64,000 bases of DNA from the NCBI GenBank assembly GCA_013178305.1, contig JABLXB010000001.1, forward strand, positions 426,516 through 490,515, in the 5' to 3' direction. This document shows positions 57,932 through 64,000 of the stretch, piece by piece. This DNA is from Bacillota bacterium (GTDB lineage Bacteria > Bacillota > Sulfobacillia > JABLXB01). The notes beneath the pieces were generated by a model that worked only from the letters and a program-made list of their open reading frames with translations, searched no databases and had not been told where the DNA came from. The position numbers and the translations under genes are program-made. How positions within the stretch are numbered: position 1 is the first letter of the stretch; every line of letters begins with the position of its first letter.

Positions 57932-58726
57932 CTATCCGCTTTGGGCGTGCCGCTCCTCCTGGCTGAAGGGCGCGATGACGACTCTTACGCCGTTCTTCCT
58001 CAGCCAATCGGTCCATTCCGCGGGGGTGTTTCCATCACAGGCAACCACATCGGCGGCCCTGATGGGGGCAACCCTGGCAAACGCGCGCTTCCCGAATTTG
58101 CTCGAGTCGGCCAGGATGATTACTTCCCTGGAATGCTCTATCATGACACGCTTGACGGCGGCGTCATGCATGTTGTAGGCGGTGAAGCCCTGGTCCCTGT
58201 CTATTCCGGCGACACCGATGAACGATTTGTCCATGCAGAGGTCTCCCAGCGTGCGTTCGGCGATAGTCCCGACGAAAGACCTGTCGCGCTCGCGAAGGAT
58301 GCCGCCGGTGCAGATGACCTCGAAGCCGCTCCTGCCCAGTAGTTCGTTGAGAACGGCCAGGGAAGAAGTGACGACCGTGAGGCCTTTGGCCGTGAGCCTC
58401 CTGGAGAACTCGAGCGTCGTTGTGCCAACGTCGATACCGATGCATTCGTTCGGCTCCACGAGCCCTGCGGCAACCTCGGCTATAGCCCGCTTGCTCTCGG
58501 CGTTCTGCACGCTACGCTCGAGAAACGGACTCTCGGCCCCGACTCCGGAGGGCCCGATTCCGCCCCCGTACGTCCTTACGAGCAGCCCGCGCTCCTCCAA
58601 GCGCGCGAGATCTCTCCGTATTGTCATCTCCGAGACGCTGCAGGCCTGGCTTAGCTCGCTGACGCTGACGAACTTCTTCTTCTCGATCAGCGACAGCACG
58701 ACTTGTTCCCGTTCCGCAGGAAGCAT
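57932..58726 (-). CDS. DeoR-family transcriptional regulator (HTH plus sugar-phosphate-binding domain)
   Basis: N-terminal HTH (VSVSELSQACSVSEMTIRRDLARLEERGLL) and a DeoR C-terminal effector domain. Confidence 0.9.
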   Translation of the reverse strand: MLPAEREQVVLSLIEKKKFVSVSELSQACSVSEMTIRRDLARLEERGLLVRTYGGGIGPSGVGAESPFLERSVQNAESKRAIAEVAAGLVEPNECIGIDVGTTTLEFSRRLTAKGLTVVTSSLAVLNELLGRSGFEVICTGGILRERDRSFVGTIAERTLGDLCMDKSFIGVAGIDRDQGFTAYNMHDAAVKRVMIEHSREVIILADSSKFGKRAFARVAPIRAADVVACDGNTPAEWTDWLRKNGVRVVIAPFSQEERHAQSG

Positions 58727-58768
58727 GCTGCCGTCACCTCTCGTGCGCCTTTGCGGTCTTGTCCATTA

Positions 58769-58794
58769 TTGTTCATTTTTGTTCACATGTGTTC
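58769..58794. promoter_or_regulatory. AT-rich direct repeats TTGTTCA / TTGTTCA / TGTGTTC 40-70 nt upstream of the DeoR gene, in the divergent promoter region shared with the giant gene
   Basis: Visible in the sequence as an AT-rich patch within GC-rich DNA. Candidate operator/promoter. Confidence 0.3.
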
Positions 58795-59085
58795 TTCTTC
58801 GTCCGGTGCGGAATTCCTTCCGCGAGAGGGCGATGCCCGGGAAATCCGGTAGGACTCTTCCTTCGGCACTTCGAAAACCGCAAACAGCCCCTGCGTGAAT
58901 GACCTCGGGGCCGCAAGACCTACGAGATACCCCGGCAATGGCCCCAGCAATAGCCCCGGGGATAGTCTCTTTCACCTTTTCCCCGCGATCGTTGTGGATC
59001 GTAACACCTGCAGCCCCGCCGGAATACGATGCTACTAGTGTTCTGTTAACCTGCAAGGACGCCACCGCGCAAGGGGGTCGGCAAC

Positions 59086-62000
59086 GTGGAGGAATCCGGA
59101 TCCGTAAAGGGCGCGTCCAGCGGCACAATCACGGTTGTCGCCAAGGACGTCAGGTTGGGGGATCCGATTCAGGAGTTCAAATTCATCGTTAACGAGGACA
59201 ACGTCGGGGACCCCCAGGTAGAGATCCCCGAAGGGCTGCGTGACCCAACGAAGCTGCCATCGCTGAAGCCCGGGGCCAGCCACAGTCCAGTGGTGGCGAC
59301 GGGAGAGTCCTCTACTTCCTCCGTCCCCGTGGTGATGGTCCCCGACGGGAAGTACCTCGTTTCGGTGCGGGCCGAAGGCTACAAGATGGAAGGCACGTGG
59401 GTTACCGTCTCGGGCGGCGACGTCGTGGCGACCGTGAACCTTCAACCCCACCCCCTGCCCCTGTCCAGGATCAGGGTACACGTGTTCCACGACAACCACC
59501 CCGTTAACGGGGAGGACGACTTCCCCATGGAGACCGGCCTGGAAGGGTTCCACATCACAATCGACGACGAGGTAGGCGAGGTAACGGTCGATTACTTCGG
59601 CAACCCGATCGGCACCAAGTACGAGGTGGACCAGGACGGGAACGTAATACTCGACCTGGACGGTAAACCGGTACGCATCATAGGCACCGGCGGAAAAGTC
59701 TTGACAGACGCGAACGGGAATGCCGTGATCGAGAACATACCCCCCGGGAAATACGGCGTCCAGGCGATACCTCCGGACGGGACCGATTGGATCCAGACGA
59801 CAACGATCGAGGGCACCCATGTTATAGACGCCTGGGTGGAGGAGGGCAACGACGGATATCTGCGTGAAGAGGGCTTCAGGTCTCCACTCGTGTGGATAGG
59901 CTTCGTCAAACCGATGGGGTTCCCACCGTCGATGCCTTGGACGACAGGGGTCATCAAGGGCCGGGTCCTGACCATAGTCGACTTCGAGCCGCCCCTCAGG
60001 CCTGCCATGCTCGGCGAGCCGATTGACCGCCCCTGGATAGCGCTGACCGACATCGGCGGGAACGACGAGCAGGTGTACACGGGCCGCGGCGACTCCAACG
60101 GCAACTTCTTCATCGAGAACGTGCCGCCCAGCCTCTACCAGATGGCGATCTGGGATGAGCCGCTGGACTATATAATCTCCTTTCTCACGGTGCTGGTGGA
60201 GCCGGGCCAGACGGTGGATGTGGGGGACATCGGCCTCCCTCGCTGGTATGGCTATCTTAAGGGAGCAGTGTTCAACGACCCCGACGAGACCGCAAGCCAC
60301 GGTCTTGGTGAGCCGGGAATCCCCAACGTCGATGTCCAGACGCGGTTCAAGGACGGAAGCATCCAGTACACTACCGTGACTAACATGGCCGGTGACTACG
60401 CGTTCAACGAGGTATTCGAGCTGGAGCGGTTCGCGGTGGCCGAAGTGGGATTCACGCGCTTCGCGCGGACAGGGGCCACCGCCGTTCCGAATTACGGTCT
60501 GCCGATGCCGGCGCCGACCGGCTGCACAGATCCACGGGGTAACTACGTCAAGTGCCCTGAGACGTACCCCGGGATGCTAACGCTTGCTGAGCTCACCTGG
60601 GCGGCCAGCACCAACCGTATAGACTTCGGCAAGAGGCCTTATAACCCAGGGGAAAACGGCGGCATTACAGGGATCGTGTACTACGGCACCATGAGGAACG
60701 AGCTCGACCCCAGGTACGCGGTTGCCGAGGAGTACGAGCCCGGTGTCCCCGGTGTGACGGTGAACCTGTATGCGGCCAGCGTCAACCCCACGACAGGCGA
60801 GGTAACCCAGGGGGCCCTGCTGAGTACCGTAACGACCGATGCGTGGCAGCACCCCACCGGGTGCGTGGACCAGAACGGGAACCTGATACCGTGTCTCGAA
60901 ATCCCGACCAGCTCCAACCAGATCAGGCCGGGCGTGTTCGACGGGGGCTACGCGTTCGAACCGCTCGCGGCGGGGACCTATATCGTGGAAGTGGTGCCCC
61001 CTGTGGGATACAGGATACTCGACGAGAACTCAGTGAACACCGGCGAAGGGGACGAATTCGTCCCGTCGCCGCCGGTGGCCGCGCAGGCGGCTGCGCGGGC
61101 TGCAGCCCGCGCAGCTGCCGCCCAGCCCGAGCGGACCACACCGGGCAGCCTTGCCGTTCAAATGGCGCCGGCCCCCTATTATCCCATCCCCACACCACCG
61201 TATTATGACCCCACGAAGAAGGTGGTCACGGTCAGGGACGGGCTCAACGCAACGGCGGACTTCTTCATCTTCACGGATGTTCCGGTCCCCGGGCGGATCG
61301 TGGGGTGGTTACTGGACGACCTGAACCTGGAGACCGATCCCAACCGCATCTACTACGGCGAGAAACGGGGTATCCCCGACACTCCCATAGGCATCAGGGA
61401 TTTCGAGGGCAGGCTCATAAGGACGGTCTACTCGGACATTAACGGGGTATTCGATGTGCTGTTGCCGTCTTCGTATACGCGGAATGTACCAACCCCTTCG
61501 GGAGTATCTCCGGCGATGTACCGCGTTATCGGGAACGACCCCGGCGATCCAGACAACCCCAACGCGAACTACAACCCGAACTACCAGACCCTCGATCTGG
61601 TGTTCGACGTCTGGCCCGGGAAGACCACTTACGCGGACGTGGCCGTATTCCCCGTCTCCGCTTTCGTGGGCCTGCCCGGCGCGCAATTCACTACGCCGCC
61701 CTTGTGCAACGCGGAACCCGGGACACCGGAGATCTACCACGTCGATAGAGTCCATGTGGGTCCCATAGGAAGCCGTACTGTGACTATAACGGGGAAAGAC
61801 TTCGGCCTCACACCCGGGACGCTCACCCTGGACAACGTAGCCGTCGCGACCACACTGTGGACAGACACGTCCATCGAGTTCGACGTCCCGAACATACCCG
61901 GAGGGCCCATACAGCTCCTGGTGAAGAACTCGACAGGCAAGGGGCGCGCCACCGGAATAACGATTCACGTCCTGGACGCCACCTACAATCCGCCGGTCAT

Positions 62001-63606
62001 TAACGTCCCCAGCGTGGCCTACCCGACGATACAGTCTGCGATCGACTCCGCGATCGACGGTTCCCTGATCGTGGTGGCCACTGGCACGTACTACGAGAGC
62101 CCGATCCTGTATAAAAACGTCAAGCTCCAGGGCATGGGGGCCCACGACACCGTGATCGACGGGAAGTTCTTCGCTTCTTACGCCGCCGACTGGCTAACAC
62201 ACCTGAACTCGATCGACTTCGATGGTCCCGAACTACCCCCGCCGGGCCCGGTTGCCGGTTTCAGCCAGGGCCAGGTGGTGACTGTCGTCTCCAAAGCGGG
62301 GGCATTCAGCCCATCATTCAGGCCGCAGATAGACGGCTTCAAGATCACGGGGGCCAGGGGGAAGGAAGCCGGCGGAGTCTACGTTCACGCCCAATGCCGG
62401 GGCCTGGTGATAAGCAACAACATCATACGGAGTAACGGTGGCGGGTTCGGTGGCGGGATCACCATCGGCAAGGCGTACTGTGGAAGCAACTACAACGAAG
62501 GAATCCGGATTCACAACAACCTCATCGCCAACAACGGCGGCATCAGCCTCGCGGGCGGAATCGGGGTATTCAACGGTGCCGACAACTACGAGATCGATCA
62601 CAACGAGATATGCGGCAACTACTCGGGCGAATATGGCGGCGGCATCTCCCATTACGGCCTCAGCAACGGCGGGCGAATCCACCACAACTGCATACTGTTC
62701 AACGGCTCGTTCGACGAGGGGGCCGGCGTGTTCATCGCAGGCGAACAGCCTACCGCTCCGGCCGTGCTCACCGCCGGTTCGGGCGAGGTGGATATATACA
62801 ACAACATGATCAAGGCCAACGTGGCCAACGATGACGGTGGCGGGGTCCGCCTTCTGCAGCCCCTGGACTACCGCATCAACATCTACAACAACTTTATCGT
62901 AAACAACGTGTCGACAGACCTCGGCGGGGGTATTGCCCTGGACGACGCCTCGAACGCGGTTATCTTCAACAATACTATCGCAAAGAACATAACCACCGCC
63001 ACGGCCGAGGACAGCGATGGGTATCCACACGCGGCGGGGCTGGTCAGCGAGGCGCACAGCGCCGCATTCATGGCCACGCTGCCGCCCGGTGAACCGGGTT
63101 ATAGCGATCCGGTGCTATTCAACAACATCTTCTGGGACAACAGGGCCGGTGTGTTCGACCTGGACCTCAACGGTGGACGCGGCGGGATCGCGGGGATCGG
63201 CGCTGCGGGGGATCCATCGCCGATCCGTGTGATGGACCTCGAGGTGTTCGCGACTCCCGCGCTGTTCGACCCCGAGTATTGCACCCTGTCCTCGGCATAT
63301 CCAGCGGGAAGCAACAACCAGGTGGGGAACCCCGCGTTTGTGCAGGAATACGACCTCGAAGTAACCGCCGTGGCGTTCAACATGGAACCGGGATTCAAGT
63401 CCGTGAAGATAGTCAATGTCACCCCGTTCGCGCAGGGTGACTACCACCTCACCGCGGGTTCCCTGGTCGCAATCGACAAGGGCACGGCGCAGGTGACCAG
63501 GATCAGGGGCGGCGTACCCGTCGTCTACCACGCGCCCACGGACGATTTCGACGGGGAGACCCGCCCCAAGGGCGCGGCGTACGATATCGGCGCTGATGAG
63601 TTCTAG
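59086..63606 (+). CDS. giant (1506 aa) multidomain structural protein: tandem Cna-B / carboxypeptidase-regulatory-like beta-sandwich domains, IPT/TIG domain, C-terminal right-handed parallel beta-helix; no signal peptide
   Basis: GTG start after an AAGGGGG Shine-Dalgarno, with an in-frame TAA 13 codons upstream. Repeated beta-sandwich hallmarks (GNFFIENVPPSLY, GDYAFNEVFE, GGYAFEPLAAGTYIVEVVPPVGYR), an IPT domain (RTVTITGKDFGLTPGTLTLDNVAV) and beta-helix repeats (ISNNIIRSNGG, IHNNLIANNGG, IYNNMIKANVANDDGGG, IYNNFIVNN, FNNTIAKN). Ends DIGADEF. The N-terminus VEESGSVKGASSGTITVV is not hydrophobic. Confidence 0.85.
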   Translation: MEESGSVKGASSGTITVVAKDVRLGDPIQEFKFIVNEDNVGDPQVEIPEGLRDPTKLPSLKPGASHSPVVATGESSTSSVPVVMVPDGKYLVSVRAEGYKMEGTWVTVSGGDVVATVNLQPHPLPLSRIRVHVFHDNHPVNGEDDFPMETGLEGFHITIDDEVGEVTVDYFGNPIGTKYEVDQDGNVILDLDGKPVRIIGTGGKVLTDANGNAVIENIPPGKYGVQAIPPDGTDWIQTTTIEGTHVIDAWVEEGNDGYLREEGFRSPLVWIGFVKPMGFPPSMPWTTGVIKGRVLTIVDFEPPLRPAMLGEPIDRPWIALTDIGGNDEQVYTGRGDSNGNFFIENVPPSLYQMAIWDEPLDYIISFLTVLVEPGQTVDVGDIGLPRWYGYLKGAVFNDPDETASHGLGEPGIPNVDVQTRFKDGSIQYTTVTNMAGDYAFNEVFELERFAVAEVGFTRFARTGATAVPNYGLPMPAPTGCTDPRGNYVKCPETYPGMLTLAELTWAASTNRIDFGKRPYNPGENGGITGIVYYGTMRNELDPRYAVAEEYEPGVPGVTVNLYAASVNPTTGEVTQGALLSTVTTDAWQHPTGCVDQNGNLIPCLEIPTSSNQIRPGVFDGGYAFEPLAAGTYIVEVVPPVGYRILDENSVNTGEGDEFVPSPPVAAQAAARAAARAAAAQPERTTPGSLAVQMAPAPYYPIPTPPYYDPTKKVVTVRDGLNATADFFIFTDVPVPGRIVGWLLDDLNLETDPNRIYYGEKRGIPDTPIGIRDFEGRLIRTVYSDINGVFDVLLPSSYTRNVPTPSGVSPAMYRVIGNDPGDPDNPNANYNPNYQTLDLVFDVWPGKTTYADVAVFPVSAFVGLPGAQFTTPPLCNAEPGTPEIYHVDRVHVGPIGSRTVTITGKDFGLTPGTLTLDNVAVATTLWTDTSIEFDVPNIPGGPIQLLVKNSTGKGRATGITIHVLDATYNPPVINVPSVAYPTIQSAIDSAIDGSLIVVATGTYYESPILYKNVKLQGMGAHDTVIDGKFFASYAADWLTHLNSIDFDGPELPPPGPVAGFSQGQVVTVVSKAGAFSPSFRPQIDGFKITGARGKEAGGVYVHAQCRGLVISNNIIRSNGGGFGGGITIGKAYCGSNYNEGIRIHNNLIANNGGISLAGGIGVFNGADNYEIDHNEICGNYSGEYGGGISHYGLSNGGRIHHNCILFNGSFDEGAGVFIAGEQPTAPAVLTAGSGEVDIYNNMIKANVANDDGGGVRLLQPLDYRINIYNNFIVNNVSTDLGGGIALDDASNAVIFNNTIAKNITTATAEDSDGYPHAAGLVSEAHSAAFMATLPPGEPGYSDPVLFNNIFWDNRAGVFDLDLNGGRGGIAGIGAAGDPSPIRVMDLEVFATPALFDPEYCTLSSAYPAGSNNQVGNPAFVQEYDLEVTAVAFNMEPGFKSVKIVNVTPFAQGDYHLTAGSLVAIDKGTAQVTRIRGGVPVVYHAPTDDFDGETRPKGAAYDIGADEF

Positions 63607-63625
63607 GGTGGGGGGAGAGTGCGAC

Positions 63626-64000
63626 ATGGCCGAGGTCAAGAAGCGATTCGGCGCCACCGATGGATGGATGAAGGTGCCCGGCGGCGGGACTTACTATATA
63701 TTCGGCTTCGTGGACATCACCGGCGTGCCGGAGAACATGATATTCGAATACAGGGGTAAGGCCAGTCTGCCGGCGCCGATGCTCGAGGTCTATGAAGGCG
63801 ACACGGTCTACCTTACCCTGACCAACCTTGGGATGCCGACCAGGCCCGACCTCGACGACTCACACACGATCCACTGGCACGGCTTCCCCAACCAGATCCC
63901 CCTGTGGGACGGCGTCCCCGAGGCCTCGATCTCGGTGTTGGTGGCGAGGGACTTCGAGTACTACTACAAACCCCTCGACCCGGGGACCTACAAGTACCAC
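63626..64000 (+). CDS. multicopper oxidase, CotA/laccase-like (N-terminal cupredoxin domain; C-terminus beyond window end)
   Basis: ATG at 63626, 8 nt after GGGGGAGAG. TYYIFGFVDITGV...MLEVYEGDTVYLTLTNL resembles CotA-type bilirubin-oxidase/laccase N-termini. First type-2/3 copper motif HTIHWHG. No signal or Tat peptide. It lies 20 nt downstream of the giant gene. Confidence 0.8.
   Translation, partial: MAEVKKRFGATDGWMKVPGGGTYYIFGFVDITGVPENMIFEYRGKASLPAPMLEVYEGDTVYLTLTNLGMPTRPDLDDSHTIHWHGFPNQIPLWDGVPEASISVLVARDFEYYYKPLDPGTYKYH

Overview
This is a 64-kb chromosomal segment with high GC content (my estimate about 64%) and densely packed genes, mostly on the minus strand. I found no rRNA, tRNA, CRISPR array, integrase or transposase. 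Gene content and order look Firmicutes-like: pcrA-ligA-gatCAB synteny, a Bacillus-type purE-B-C-S-Q-L-F-M-N-H-D operon with split purL/purQ/purS and no purK, an SLH-domain surface protein, a spore-type GH18 hydrolase and a CotA-like laccase. That suggests an anaerobic, probably spore-forming Clostridia-like organism with an unusually GC-rich genome.

Main blocks in order:
- 1-5.4 kb: SLH surface protein (truncated by the window start), an ECF S-component-like membrane protein, glycogen synthase glgA, a GalT-like HIT uridylyltransferase and a small acidic ORF.
- 5.7-7.5 kb: a methyl-accepting chemotaxis protein (MCP) preceded by a striking AT-rich AGCTAAT repeat array.
- 7.9-21.2 kb: one long minus-strand gene string: rlmD, ldcA, murB, meaB, then the methylmalonyl-CoA decarboxylase genes in mmdB-C-D-A order, the epimerase, both methylmalonyl-CoA mutase subunits, an anion permease and a family III CoA-transferase. 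Together these encode a complete succinate/propionate methylmalonyl-CoA pathway with a Na+-pumping decarboxylase.
- 21.5-23 kb: a HutP-like protein, then a CDF metal exporter whose leader has a riboswitch-like promoter-leader-terminator architecture.
- 23.2-30.8 kb: gatB, gatA, gatC, ligA, pcrA.
- 31-36 kb: a GH18 hydrolase with a copper-amine-oxidase-like N-domain, a decayed DeoR remnant, and a 1117-aa CHASE4-HAMP-PAS-GAF-PAS-GGDEF-HD-GYP sensor.
- 36.1-39.4 kb: a bacterial XPB helicase translationally coupled to a 526-aa conserved partner.
- 39.4-41.2 kb: RseC-like, CsoR, a DMT-superfamily and a QueT-family small membrane protein.
- 41.2-53.4 kb: the pur operon with a PurBox-like operator.
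- 53.6-58.7 kb: an sgc/php-like PTS cluster (phosphotriesterase-homology protein, BtpA/SgcQ, IIC, IIB, creatininase-like, DeoR).
- 59.1-64 kb: a 1506-aa beta-sandwich/beta-helix giant protein and a CotA-like multicopper oxidase. Both lack signal peptides; this is my candidate spore-coat/exosporium module.

Many long antisense ORFs (Arg/Gly/Pro-rich) are high-GC artefacts and were rejected. Coordinates I derived by counting may be off by 1-3 nt.
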